DNA from: Alphaproteobacteria bacterium
GTDB taxonomy: Bacteria > Pseudomonadota > Alphaproteobacteria > SP197
Direction of reading: 5' to 3'
Assembly (NCBI GenBank): GCA_964291415.2
Contig: OZ219918.1
Span: 640,001-704,000 of the forward strand
Length of the DNA stretch: 64,000 bases
The position numbers and the translations under genes were made by a program. Under the pieces are notes generated by a model. The model searched no databases. It saw only the letters and a list, made by a program, of their open reading frames with translations, and was not told where the DNA came from. Numbering within the stretch: position 1 is the first letter of the stretch; each line of letters starts with the position of its first letter. This document shows positions 10,492 through 20,723 of the stretch, one piece after another.

Positions 10492-11616
10492 ATGCATGTG
10501 TTGAGAAAACCGCGTGTCGAGCAATTGCAGAAGAAGCTGGTCAACCGTGAAATTGACCGTCGTGACTTCATGGCTGCCGCCGCCGCGGCGGGGGTGGCTC
10601 CGGTTGCCTCGTCACTGGTGCCGTCTGCGAGGGCGGCCGAGGGTGACATGATCCACTACTTCACCTGGTCGGGTTACGAACCGGTGGAACTTCACCAGCC
10701 TTTCTTCGACAAGTACGGTCGGTCACCGGACTGGTCGATCTTCGCTTCGGCGGAGGACGGGCTGCAGAAGATCCGGGCCGGGTTTGTCGCCGATCTTGCG
10801 CATCCCTGTGTCGACGGTGTGCCGCGCTGGCATGATGCGGGAGTCGTGCAGCCGATCGACCCCTCGCGTGTCAGCTACTGGGACGACATGTTTCCCGCCC
10901 TTCATACCATGAACGGCGCCGTGATCGACGACGACGTCTACATGGTCATCACGGACTTCGGTCTGTCATCGATGATCTATCGCACCGATATCATCGAGGG
11001 CGAGGAGTCCTGGATGTACATGTATGACGAGAAGTACGCGGGCCGGATCTGCGCCAGGAACACCACGGCCAGCATCTTCGTTCCGCTCAAGATTCTGGGT
11101 TATGACCCGATGAACCCCACGCCTGAACAGGTCATGGAAGCTGCTGAGATGGCGCGCAAGCAGCGTGATCTCGTCAGGTTCTACTGGGACAGCCAGACCG
11201 ACATGGAACAGGCCATCGCTTCCGGCGAGTGCGTCGTGGCCTACGCCTGGAACGAGGCTCTCGTCAATCTCCTCGACCAGGGGATTCCGGTTGCCTTCGC
11301 GGCACCGAAGGAGGGCGCCTTTGGCTGGGCCTGTGGTCTCGTACGTCTTGCCGCGGCCGAGAACGACGAACAGATGGCCTACGACTTCATCGATGCGTGG
11401 CTGGCGCCGGAAACCGGCAAGTTTCTCATCGAGGCCTACGGCTACGGTCACGGCAACATCAAGTCCTTCGACCTCGTGGACACCGAGACCCTCGTGGCGC
11501 TCGGTTACGACGATCCCGTGCGCCTGATGGAGGGGACCGCCTTCTGGGTTCCCATGGATCCGGCGATCGACGAACTGATGCTGGAGACCTGGGAAGACAT
11601 CATCGCCGGCCTCTAG
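10492..11616 (+). CDS. PotD/PotF-like solute-binding protein with Tat signal (tandem paralog, copy 2)
   Basis: Same length as and highly similar to 9310-10434; AAGGAG RBS. Confidence 0.88.
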   Translation: MHVLRKPRVEQLQKKLVNREIDRRDFMAAAAAAGVAPVASSLVPSARAAEGDMIHYFTWSGYEPVELHQPFFDKYGRSPDWSIFASAEDGLQKIRAGFVADLAHPCVDGVPRWHDAGVVQPIDPSRVSYWDDMFPALHTMNGAVIDDDVYMVITDFGLSSMIYRTDIIEGEESWMYMYDEKYAGRICARNTTASIFVPLKILGYDPMNPTPEQVMEAAEMARKQRDLVRFYWDSQTDMEQAIASGECVVAYAWNEALVNLLDQGIPVAFAAPKEGAFGWACGLVRLAAAENDEQMAYDFIDAWLAPETGKFLIEAYGYGHGNIKSFDLVDTETLVALGYDDPVRLMEGTAFWVPMDPAIDELMLETWEDIIAGL

Positions 11617-11691
11617 GGGGCCAGCGACACCCACACGTTCCCCGACGACCGCACCGCAACACCCCTGGTCAACGGGTGTTGCGGTGCGGCG

Positions 11692-12144
11692 TCATGTTCT
11701 CCTGGCGGCAAAGAAGGTCTTGAGGAGTTCGCTGCAGCGGGTTTCGAGGATGCCCCCGTAGACCTCAGGCCGGTGGTGGCAGGTTGGCTGATCGAAGAGG
11801 CGCACGCCGTTGTCGACGGCGCCTCCCTTGGGATCCTCGGCCCCATAGTAGAGGCGCCGGATGCGGGCTTCGGCAATGGCGCCGGCGCACATGGCGCAGG
11901 GTTCCAGGGTGACATGGAGATCGGCGCCGTCGAGACGGTGGCGGCCCACTTTCCGGCAGGCTTGCCGCAAGGCGAGGATTTCCGCGTGGGCGGTGGGATC
12001 GGCATCCGCGCGCGTACGATTGCCGGCTGCCGCGACAATTTCTCCCCCGAGCACGACAACGGCGCCCACCGGCGGCTCACCGCGCCCGGCGGCGGCCTCG
12101 GCCTCGGCGAGTGCCGTCTCCATGTATGTTGGCGTCCGGTTCAC
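11692..12144 (-). CDS. tadA: tRNA adenosine(34) deaminase
   Basis: GEPPVGAVVV, DPTAHAE, TLEPCAMC, DPKGG and terminal FF..RR motifs. Confidence 0.88.
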   Translation of the reverse strand: MNRTPTYMETALAEAEAAAGRGEPPVGAVVVLGGEIVAAAGNRTRADADPTAHAEILALRQACRKVGRHRLDGADLHVTLEPCAMCAGAIAEARIRRLYYGAEDPKGGAVDNGVRLFDQPTCHHRPEVYGGILETRCSELLKTFFAARRT

Positions 12145-12212
12145 GGGCCCCCTTCTTGCACGGGACGCCGGGAATCGCCACAGTGAAGTGCCCACGCGAC
12201 AATCGGGACACC

Positions 12213-12929
12213 ATGCCAGGACGCCCCCTGATCGGCCTGACGCTTGATTGCGAGGAACCCGGTCACTATTCGAACATGCCTTGGTACGCCATCCGGCAGA
12301 ACTACATGTGCGCCATTGTCGAAGCGGGCGGGCTCCCGGTGGCCATCGGTCACGAGTCGGGCCTTGCAGGGGCCTATGTCAAGGCTCTCGACGGGGTGGT
12401 GGTGACGGGGGGTGCCTTTGATATCGATCCGGCGCTGTTCGGGGCGTCGACGCGCCACGAGTCGGTGACCACAAAGGACGGACGTACCCGGTTCGAATGG
12501 GCTGTCACCGAGGACGCCCTGCAGCGCGACCGCCCCGTCTTCGGGATCTGCGGCGGACAGCAACTGCTCAACGTGGTGCTCGGCGGCACCCTCATCCAGC
12601 ATATTCCGGATTCGATTCCGGATTGTCTCGCCCACGAGCAGGAGGGGCCGCGCACCCGGGCGGGACATACCGTGGCCGTGAAGGAGAACACCCTCCTGCA
12701 TGACATCGTTGGCGTCGCGGAACTTCCGGTGAACAGCGCCCATCACCAGGCGGCGGACGCGCTGGGTGATGATGTGACGGTCAACGCGGTGGCGCCCGAC
12801 GGCGTCATCGAGGGTATCGAGCACACAGGCTACCGCTTCTGTCTGGGTGTCCAGTGGCATCCCGAGTACGCCATATCAGAGGGTGACCGGCATCTCTTCA
12901 GGGCCTTCGTGGAAGCCTGCCGCGGGTGA
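12213..12929 (+). CDS. Gamma-glutamyl-GABA hydrolase family (peptidase C26, class I glutamine amidotransferase)
   Basis: GICGGQQ nucleophile elbow, NSAHHQA and GVQWHPE motifs. Confidence 0.9.
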   Translation: MPGRPLIGLTLDCEEPGHYSNMPWYAIRQNYMCAIVEAGGLPVAIGHESGLAGAYVKALDGVVVTGGAFDIDPALFGASTRHESVTTKDGRTRFEWAVTEDALQRDRPVFGICGGQQLLNVVLGGTLIQHIPDSIPDCLAHEQEGPRTRAGHTVAVKENTLLHDIVGVAELPVNSAHHQAADALGDDVTVNAVAPDGVIEGIEHTGYRFCLGVQWHPEYAISEGDRHLFRAFVEACRG

Positions 12930-13681
12930 TGGCCGAGCGCGTTGCCAGGCGCATCGCCCATGCCGGCGTTGCTTCGAGGCGCGAAGCGGAGCGGCTCATC
13001 TCCGAGGGAAGGGTCGCCGTCAACGGACACGTCCTCGGCGCGCCCGGTGTGACGGTGACGGCGGAGGACGTCGTAACCGTCGATGGCCAGCGCATTCCGG
13101 ATCGCCCGCACTTGCGCCTGTGGCGCCTCAACAAGCCGCCGGGCCTGGTGGTGTCGAGGCAGGACGAAAAGGGCCGCAGGACCGTCTTTGACCTCTTCGG
13201 GGACTCCCATCCCCATCTGATGAGCGTCGGCCGGCTCGATATCGCCTCGGAAGGTCTTCTGCTGGTCACGAACGATGGGGATCTCGCCCGCTGGATGGAG
13301 CTGCCGCAGACGGGCTGGATCCGGCGTTACCGCGTGCGGGTCTTTGGAGCCCTGGCGAAGGATGCGCTCGAGACACTGGAGAAGGGGGTGACGGTCGATG
13401 GTGTCCGCTACGGTCCCATCAGCGCCCGCCTCGATGGCCGGACCGGCGCCAATGCCTGGCTCACGATGACCCTTCGCGAGGGTCGCAACCGGGAGATTCG
13501 CCGCGTCCTGGGATCGCTCGGTCTCACCGTCAACCGTCTCATCAGAACCGCCTACGGACCGTTCCAGCTTGGCAAGCTTGCCAGGGGAGCGGTCGAGGAG
13601 GTGCCCGTCAAGGTGCTGAGAGAGCAACTCCCCGGGGAATGGAGACCGAGACTCGATGCGCATCGTCGCCGGTCGCCATAG
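12929..13681 (+). CDS. rluB: rRNA pseudouridine synthase with S4 domain (RluB-like)
   Basis: ASRREAE S4 domain, VGRLDIASEGLLL catalytic motif and EGRNREIRR. Confidence 0.85.
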   Translation: MAERVARRIAHAGVASRREAERLISEGRVAVNGHVLGAPGVTVTAEDVVTVDGQRIPDRPHLRLWRLNKPPGLVVSRQDEKGRRTVFDLFGDSHPHLMSVGRLDIASEGLLLVTNDGDLARWMELPQTGWIRRYRVRVFGALAKDALETLEKGVTVDGVRYGPISARLDGRTGANAWLTMTLREGRNREIRRVLGSLGLTVNRLIRTAYGPFQLGKLARGAVEEVPVKVLREQLPGEWRPRLDAHRRRSP

Positions 13682-14219
13682 ACGCCGCCGCCTGTTTGCT
13701 CCCGAGGGCACCGGCGTCCGTCCCACCGCCGACAGGGTGAGAGAGACGCTCTTCAACATCCTGGTGGCCCGCGATGCGTGGCGCGGGCTCGATGGCGCCC
13801 GCGTGGCCGACATCTTCTGCGGTACCGGAGCGATCGCCCTGGAAGCGCTCTCCCGAGGGGCACGTCACGCCGTGCTGGTCGACAATGCGCCGGCTGCCCT
13901 CGACGCGGCCTCGAGGAACATCGCCGCACTCGGCGAGGAGCATCGCACCATGCTTGTGCGCTGTGACGCAACGAGGCCATTGCCCGACATCCCCCGGCCT
14001 GTTGATCTCGCCTATTTCGATCCGCCCTGGCGCTCGGGCCTTGCGGGTACGGCACTGGACAACCTGCGTTCCAGCGGCTGGCTCGCATCCGGTGCTCTGG
14101 CTGTCGTCGAGCAGCCGAAGGCCACGTTCCTTCGCGTTCCTGAGGGTTTCACGCAGATCGACGAGAGGACCGTGGGCCGGACCCGCCTGGCTTTTCTGCG
14201 CCTTGCCGGTGAGTCGTAG
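13656..14219 (+). CDS. rsmD: 16S rRNA m2G966 methyltransferase
   Basis: MRIVAG, RPTADRVRETLFNIL, GTGAIALEALSRGA and DPPW motifs. Confidence 0.9.
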   Translation: MRIVAGRHRRRRLFAPEGTGVRPTADRVRETLFNILVARDAWRGLDGARVADIFCGTGAIALEALSRGARHAVLVDNAPAALDAASRNIAALGEEHRTMLVRCDATRPLPDIPRPVDLAYFDPPWRSGLAGTALDNLRSSGWLASGALAVVEQPKATFLRVPEGFTQIDERTVGRTRLAFLRLAGES

Positions 14220-14267
14220 ACACGAAATCTGCGCTTCGGGGGCGCCACCCTGCCGGATTTTTCCTGT

Positions 14268-16082
14268 TCAGCGGCGGCCGAACAGGCGCTCGATGTCGGC
14301 GAGCTTGAGTTCGACGAATGTCGGCCGGCCGTGATTGCACTGCCCGGAATTGGGGGTTGTTTCCATGTCGCGCAGCAACGCGTTCATCTCGGCCTGCTTG
14401 AGCTTTCGGCCGGCGCGCACGCTGCCGTGGCAGGCCATGGTGCTGCACACGTGTTCGATGCGGGCGGAGAGAGCCATGGCCTCGTCGGACTCGGCCAGCT
14501 CATCGGCGAGGTCCCTGACGAGGCCCTGGATATCGGCATCGCCGAGGATGGCGGGAACCTCGCGGACCACCACGGCACCGGGTCCGAACTGCTCGAGGAC
14601 CAATCCCGTTTGCTTGAGTTCATCGCGGCGCTCCGCAAGGCGGCTGGCCGCAACCTCATCGAGCTCCACCACTTCGGGCAACAGCAGCACCTGGCGCGTG
14701 ACGCCTTCCTGCGCCATCTCGGCCTTCATGCGCTCGAGAACGAGGCGTTCATGTGCCGCATGCTGATCAACGATGACGATGCCGTCCCCGGTCTGGGCAA
14801 CGACGTAGGTGTCGTGGAACTGGGCGCGGGCGATGCCGAGGGGTCCCGGTTCGATGTCTTCCGGTGCGGAAACGTCTGTCGGAGGTGGATGGCTGTCTGC
14901 AGCGTTGTCGCCCGCCGGTCGTGCTGCGGGCCGCGGAAAGCTGCCGCCGGATGATCTGCGCCAGGCCGCCTGGGGCGTCCAGTCTGCCTGGGCATGGTCG
15001 AAGAGACGCCCCGGAAACGGGGTGTCGCCCGGGCGCATGGCCGCAAGGGCTTCGCGCGAGGCGGTTGTCGACGAGCGGCGCCCGTGCTGCTCGATGGCGC
15101 GATGAATGGCGGACACCACGAGACCACGCACCTGCTGACTGTCGCGGAACCGCACCTCGGCCTTGGCCGGATGGACGTTGACATCCACGGCGGCAGCCGG
15201 GATGTCGATGAAGAGCGCCACCACGGGATAGCGCTGGGGCGCCAGAACGCCCTGGTAGGCGCCCTTGACGGCGCCCAGAAGCAGGCGGTCGCGAACCGGG
15301 CGTCTGTTGACGAACAGGAACTGGCCCTGGGTATTGGCCCGGTTGAACGTGGGAAGGCCGGCGAAGCCGGTGATGCACATGCCGTCGCGCTCGATGTCGA
15401 CTGGCACCGCATTCTCACGAAAGTCGTTGCCCAGCACGGTGGCGAGGCGGGCCCGCCGGGCTTCAACTCCGTCGCCTGGCTCGCCTCGGGCGACGAGACT
15501 CTTCCTGGCGTTGAACGTCAGCGTCATCGCGATGTCGTGACGCACCATCGCGAGACGCTTCACCACGTCGGAGACGGCGGCATTCTCCGCCCGTTCGGAC
15601 TTGAGGAACTTCAGCCGCGCCGGAGTGGCAAAGAAGAGATCCCGGACATCGACGGTCGTGCCCGCGTTTCGCGCGGCGGGGCCGGGGGCACCGACCCTGC
15701 CTCCCTCGACGTCGATCACGAGGCCGGCTGCCTCGCCGGACCGGCGGGTGACGATGCGCATGCGCGAGACGGCGCCGATCGACGGCAGGGCTTCGCCGCG
15801 GAATCCCAGTGTCTCGATCTCGGTCAGGTCATCGCCCGGCAGCTTGGAGGTGGCGTGGCGCTCCACCGAGAGGCAGAGATCGTCGGCATCCATGCCGGCG
15901 CCATCATCCGCCACCACGATCGATTCCCTGCCGCCGCCGTTGACGGCGACATCGATCCGCGTGGCGCCGGCATCGATGGCATTCTCGACCAGTTCCTTGA
16001 CAACCGAAGACGGCCTTTCGATCACCTCGCCAGCGGCGATGCGATTGACCGTTGTTTCATTCAGGCGCCTGATCACGCTCAT
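14268..16082 (-). CDS. mutL: DNA mismatch repair protein MutL
   Basis: NRIAAGEVIERP, GFRGEAL, DQHAAHER, ACH and CNHGRP motifs. Confidence 0.97.
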   Translation of the reverse strand: MSVIRRLNETTVNRIAAGEVIERPSSVVKELVENAIDAGATRIDVAVNGGGRESIVVADDGAGMDADDLCLSVERHATSKLPGDDLTEIETLGFRGEALPSIGAVSRMRIVTRRSGEAAGLVIDVEGGRVGAPGPAARNAGTTVDVRDLFFATPARLKFLKSERAENAAVSDVVKRLAMVRHDIAMTLTFNARKSLVARGEPGDGVEARRARLATVLGNDFRENAVPVDIERDGMCITGFAGLPTFNRANTQGQFLFVNRRPVRDRLLLGAVKGAYQGVLAPQRYPVVALFIDIPAAAVDVNVHPAKAEVRFRDSQQVRGLVVSAIHRAIEQHGRRSSTTASREALAAMRPGDTPFPGRLFDHAQADWTPQAAWRRSSGGSFPRPAARPAGDNAADSHPPPTDVSAPEDIEPGPLGIARAQFHDTYVVAQTGDGIVIVDQHAAHERLVLERMKAEMAQEGVTRQVLLLPEVVELDEVAASRLAERRDELKQTGLVLEQFGPGAVVVREVPAILGDADIQGLVRDLADELAESDEAMALSARIEHVCSTMACHGSVRAGRKLKQAEMNALLRDMETTPNSGQCNHGRPTFVELKLADIERLFGRR

Positions 16083-16204
16083 CGCGTCGTGCTCCGAAGC
16101 CGGGCTGGTCAGCCGTGCCCGTCACGTCGCACAGGGTGCCTATTCGTCCTGCCCGCCACAACCGGCGGCTTGTGGACACATCCGCGTCTCGGCAATGGCG
16201 CGGG

Positions 16205-16681
16205 CTAGAACCAGTCCCAGAATCCGCCCTCGTCATCCGACGTTCCGGACTCCTCTTCGGCGGCATCCTCCTCGATGATCGCCGGAACGGGTGGTGTTGT
16301 CGGGTACTCGCCAAAGAGCAGGGCATCGACGAATTCGGGATCATCCGACAGCACGCTGTTGTCACGGGTGATCGTCGTGCGGATGCCCGGATCCGCTATT
16401 CCGGCGCCGGCCTGCCGGAGAAGATCGAGTTCTCCGGCCGTCGTCTTCAGGGCCTCGAGGTCGGTGCCGGTCTCCTCCTGGCGTTCGACGAGCGAAGCCG
16501 ACTCCTCGCGCGGCTCTATTTCGGGACGCAAGGGGTAGGGTGGAGGGACGATCAGGGAGACGATCTGCGGCACGGTGGAGACGTTGACGGTGCGGTCGAC
16601 TTTCCCCGCCAGAACCTCTTCCCTGTCGCATGCGACTGCCATCAGGGCGGCAGCCACGAGGATCATGATGCGTGTCAGCAT
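16205..16681 (-). CDS. Putative lipoprotein, distant DUF3035-like
   Basis: Lipobox-like AVAC, LIVPPPYPLRP motif and acidic tail ending GFWDWF. Confidence 0.55.
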   Translation of the reverse strand: MLTRIMILVAAALMAVACDREEVLAGKVDRTVNVSTVPQIVSLIVPPPYPLRPEIEPREESASLVERQEETGTDLEALKTTAGELDLLRQAGAGIADPGIRTTITRDNSVLSDDPEFVDALLFGEYPTTPPVPAIIEEDAAEEESGTSDDEGGFWDWF

Positions 16682-16684
16682 CGC

Positions 16685-17227
16685 TCAGAATATGCCCTCG
16701 AGGAGAGCTTTTTCCTGTTCTTCGAGAATTGACTCCGTGAAGTCCCCGGAATTGATCGGCAGGCCGAGGGCGGCCACGGCCTGGATGCGCCGTCGTTCCT
16801 TTTCCGGATCGACGAGGACTGCCGTGCGGTCTCCGGGAGGGCGAAAGATGTTGAGATGGTCCAGCCAGGTGACGGCATCAAGGAGGGCCCGGTGTTCGGC
16901 ATTGACGAGCGACCGGATTCCAGGTTCGGCGGCAGACGTACCGGCGGCTTCCATGAGGTGACGTTCGGCAACGGTGGCGCCTGCGGATTCGATGGCTCCG
17001 CCGAGGAGTTCCTCTGCGGCATCCTGCGGCAGCATTTCCTGAGGCCTCGACACTCCGCTGCGGGGTTCCGGCAGGGAGTCGAGGGTCTCGGGAATCTCCA
17101 GGGGCTCGTGGGAGACCACCCTGAACTCGTCAGGCGGGTTGTGAATGAGTCCGAGGGACTCCCGTATGTCTCCGCACCCGGCGATCACGAGGGCACCGGC
17201 CACCACCACGGAAAGACGCTTGATCAT
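16685..17227 (-). CDS. DUF3035 family lipoprotein
   Basis: Lipobox IAGC, PPDEFRVV..PL.IP and terminal LLEGIF; usual position downstream of lspA in Alphaproteobacteria. Confidence 0.8.
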   Translation of the reverse strand: MIKRLSVVVAGALVIAGCGDIRESLGLIHNPPDEFRVVSHEPLEIPETLDSLPEPRSGVSRPQEMLPQDAAEELLGGAIESAGATVAERHLMEAAGTSAAEPGIRSLVNAEHRALLDAVTWLDHLNIFRPPGDRTAVLVDPEKERRRIQAVAALGLPINSGDFTESILEEQEKALLEGIF

Positions 17228-17721
17228 GACGACATCCTACGTCTGCGGTCCGGACGCAACAAGGCGTTGAGGACAAGAACGCCGACGCCGACCGTGATGG
17301 CCGAATCGGCAACGTTGAAGGCAGGCCAGCTCCATCCACCGGCGTGGAGATCGATGAAATCCGCGACCGCTCCGTGGATGACGCGGTCGACCGCGTTGCC
17401 GACAGCACCCCCTGCGACGAGACCGCCGCCCAGGATCGCCCAGAGGTCGTTCTGGCGGGCTACCCAGACCATCAGGCCAGTGGCGATGGCGAAGGCGAGG
17501 GCGCTCAGCCCCCAGCGCAGGATGCCGCTTTCCTGCGCGAGCATGCCGAAGCTGATGCCCCGGTTCCATACCATCACGAGCCGGACATGCGACGTGACGT
17601 CGAGGGGGTGAAACCCGCGCTGTGCCATGAAGTCGATGATGAAGGCCTTGCTCACCTGATCGGCGACGAGAACCACGAAGAACACGGCAAGGCCCAGCGC
17701 GATTCCCGGGGTCCATCTCAT
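17224..17721 (-). CDS. lspA: Lipoprotein signal peptidase II
   Basis: DQVSK, WNRGISFG, GNAVDR, VADF and FNVAD motifs; ATG overlaps the ileS stop. Confidence 0.95.
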   Translation of the reverse strand: MRWTPGIALGLAVFFVVLVADQVSKAFIIDFMAQRGFHPLDVTSHVRLVMVWNRGISFGMLAQESGILRWGLSALAFAIATGLMVWVARQNDLWAILGGGLVAGGAVGNAVDRVIHGAVADFIDLHAGGWSWPAFNVADSAITVGVGVLVLNALLRPDRRRRMSS

Positions 17722-20555
17722 CAACTGCCGCCACTCCCGGCAACGGCATGTGCACACCGTCCGCACAGGTCCGGATAAGCCGGATCGCTTCCGACCTCGT
17801 CCAGGACCTTCCAGCAGCGCTCGCAGCGCCGGCCCGTCGCCAGGCCGACCTCGACGGCGACATCGGCAACATCCTCGAGGCGGAAGGCGTCGCCGGGCCC
17901 CTCGCCATCCTGCAACGTGACCCTGGAGGCGATGGCGATCTCCGCCATGTCGACGCTGTCGACAATGGCCAGATCATCGGGCGAAACGTGAATGACCGGG
18001 TGTGCCTGGAGACTGGAACCGATGCGCTTGTCGCGGCGTTCGATCTCCATTGCGCCGGTCACCACGCGCCGCACCCGCCGCACGGACTCCCAGCGTGCCG
18101 CCAGTTCGTCGTTGCGCCATTCTTGAGGCACATCCGGGAACAGCCGGCGATGGACGCTCGCCCGCTCCCCCGGAAACCTCAGCAGCCACGCCTCCTCGGA
18201 GGTAAAGCACAGGATGGGCGCCAGCCATGCCGTAAGGCATGAGAACAGGGTATCGAGCACCGTCCGGCAGGCGCGCCGGCGGGGCGAGTCGGCGGTGTCG
18301 CAGTAGAGCGCGTCCTTGCGGATGTCGAAGTAGAAGGCTGAAAGGTCGGTCGCGCAGAAACCGTGCAGAACGACAAACAGCGTATGGAAGTCGAAATCGT
18401 CGCAGGCCTTGCGGACGATGCCGTCGATCTCCTGGAGACGGTGCAGGACCCAGCGCTCGAGTTCCGGCATGTCGGCCACGTCAAGGCGTTCCTCTTTGCG
18501 GAATCCGTCAAGGTTCCCGAGCAGGAATCGAAAGGTGTTCCGCAGACGGCGGTAGCTGTGAGCCTGGTAGTCGAGGATTTCCCGCGAAATGCGCAGATCC
18601 TCGCTGTAGTCGGCAGACACCACCCAGATTCTCAGAATGTCGGCACCGTACCGGTCGATGACCTCCTGGGGAGAGATGACGTTGCCCAGCGATTTCGACA
18701 TCTTGCGACCGTTGCCGTCCATGACGAAGCCGTGGGTGAGAACGGCGTCATAAGGCGCCCGGTTGCGGGTTCCCGACGATTCGAGCAGGGACGAGTGGAA
18801 CCAGCCCCGATGCTGGTCCGACCCTTCAAGATAGAGCGATGCCGGCCAGGCGAGATCCTCGCGCGCCTCCAGAACGAAGCTGTGCGTCGAACCTGAATCG
18901 AACCAAACGTCGAGGATGTCGCTCACCTGCTCGTAGTCTCCGGCGTCGTGGTCGTTGCCGAGAATTACCTGCGGATCGGTGGTGAACCAGACGTCGGCTC
19001 CTTCCGCCTCGACGGCGTCGGCGATGCGATCGATCACCGCCTGATCGCGCAGGACCTCGCCAGTGCTGCGGTTGACGAACACCGTGATCGGAACTCCCCA
19101 TGCGCGCTGCCGGGAGAGCACCCAGTCGGGACGCGTCTCGACCATGCCGCGTATTCTCTCGCGCCCCGATGGAGGCACCCATCGGGTTGCGTCGATCGCT
19201 TCCAGGGCCTTGGCGCGCAGCCCCGCGGCATCCATGGATATGAACCACTGGGTCGTATTGCGGAAGATGAGCGGCGCCTTCGAGCGCCAGGAGTGGGGGT
19301 AGCTGTGGACGAGCTTGCCGGCGCCGAGCAACGCGCCTCGCCGGGCCAGTTCACGGATGACGAGACCGTTGGCGTCTCCCTGGCGGCCGTCGTCCGTCAG
19401 CACGCGCGCCCCGGCAAACAGCGGAACATGGTCGAGAAAGGCGCCGTCCTCGCCGATAGTATCGGGAACCTCGATGCCGTTGGCGGTGCCGAGAATCCAG
19501 TCGTCGGCGCCGTGGCCGGGAGCGATGTGAACGAAACCCGTCCCCTGGTCGGTGGTCACGTGATGGCCTGCCAGCAGCGGGACATCGAAGTCATACCCGT
19601 CGCCGCGCAGCGGATGACGGGTGAGAGTGCCGGCAAGCCTGGCCCCGGCCACGCGGCCGACAACCCTGTGACCGGTGATCGAACAGCGCTCCAGGGTGGC
19701 GGCCACCAGGGCATCGAGAACGACAATCCTCTGTCCGGCAACCGCGCCGGATTTGTCGCCGGTGCTCTCGACCTCGATGACGGCGTAGTCGAGGGAATCG
19801 CCGTAGGCGATGGCCCGGTTGCCCGGCAGCGTCCAGGGTGTCGTGGTCCAGATGACGATGGCGGCGTCCCGCAGTTCCGCCAGCGGTGATCTCGTGACCG
19901 GAAAGGCGACGTCGATCATGGGCGACGTGTGGTCGTTGTACTCGACCTCGGCCTCTGCCAGCGCCGTCCTTTCGACGCAGGACCACATGACCGGTTTCGA
20001 GCCGCGATAGAGCTGGCCCGACATGATGAACTTGCCAAGCTCGCGGACAATCTGCGCCTCGGCTGCATGGCTCATCGTCGTATAGGGATCGTCCCAGTTG
20101 CCGATCACGCCAAGGCGCTTGAACTCGCGACGCTGGACGTCAATCCACTTGTCGGCGAACTCGCGGCATTCGCGGCGGAATTCGACGATGTCGACATCGT
20201 CCTTGTTGCGTCCCGTTGCCCGGTACTCCTCCTCGATCTTCCATTCGATGGGCAGGCCGTGACAGTCCCAGCCGGGAACGTAGTTCGCGTCCCGGCCCAG
20301 CATTTGCTGCGAGCGGTTGATCACATCCTTGAGGATCTTGTTGAGGGCATGGCCGATATGCAGGTGGCCGTTGGCATAGGGGGGCCCGTCGTGGAGGATG
20401 AAGGGCTCCCGGCCGCATGCGTCCTCGCGCAGTCTCGCGAAGAGGTCGATCTCTTCCCAGCGCTCCAGAATCTCCGGTTCGCGTTTCGGCAATCCGGCGC
20501 GCATGGGAAAGGTGGTCTTCGGCAGAAACAGCGTCTGCCTGTAATCGGCAGTCAT
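17721..20555 (-). CDS. ileS: Isoleucine-tRNA ligase
   Basis: HDGPPYANGHLHIGH, GWDCHGLP, EGSDQHRGWF, KMSKS and C-terminal Zn finger. Confidence 0.98.
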   Translation of the reverse strand: MTADYRQTLFLPKTTFPMRAGLPKREPEILERWEEIDLFARLREDACGREPFILHDGPPYANGHLHIGHALNKILKDVINRSQQMLGRDANYVPGWDCHGLPIEWKIEEEYRATGRNKDDVDIVEFRRECREFADKWIDVQRREFKRLGVIGNWDDPYTTMSHAAEAQIVRELGKFIMSGQLYRGSKPVMWSCVERTALAEAEVEYNDHTSPMIDVAFPVTRSPLAELRDAAIVIWTTTPWTLPGNRAIAYGDSLDYAVIEVESTGDKSGAVAGQRIVVLDALVAATLERCSITGHRVVGRVAGARLAGTLTRHPLRGDGYDFDVPLLAGHHVTTDQGTGFVHIAPGHGADDWILGTANGIEVPDTIGEDGAFLDHVPLFAGARVLTDDGRQGDANGLVIRELARRGALLGAGKLVHSYPHSWRSKAPLIFRNTTQWFISMDAAGLRAKALEAIDATRWVPPSGRERIRGMVETRPDWVLSRQRAWGVPITVFVNRSTGEVLRDQAVIDRIADAVEAEGADVWFTTDPQVILGNDHDAGDYEQVSDILDVWFDSGSTHSFVLEAREDLAWPASLYLEGSDQHRGWFHSSLLESSGTRNRAPYDAVLTHGFVMDGNGRKMSKSLGNVISPQEVIDRYGADILRIWVVSADYSEDLRISREILDYQAHSYRRLRNTFRFLLGNLDGFRKEERLDVADMPELERWVLHRLQEIDGIVRKACDDFDFHTLFVVLHGFCATDLSAFYFDIRKDALYCDTADSPRRRACRTVLDTLFSCLTAWLAPILCFTSEEAWLLRFPGERASVHRRLFPDVPQEWRNDELAARWESVRRVRRVVTGAMEIERRDKRIGSSLQAHPVIHVSPDDLAIVDSVDMAEIAIASRVTLQDGEGPGDAFRLEDVADVAVEVGLATGRRCERCWKVLDEVGSDPAYPDLCGRCAHAVAGSGGS

Positions 20556-20723
20556 TCAGGCGGTATCCGTCGGGATCCAGACAAACGGCAGGAGGTGGGG
20601 GACGTCACGGACGTCGTCTGCACGCGGAACCGAACCTGCCAGCAGCAGGCCTGTCCCGCGTTTCATGGACATCAGCCCCCTCTATCACCGCCATGGTCCC
20701 TTGTCGAGACCGGCACGTGGAGG

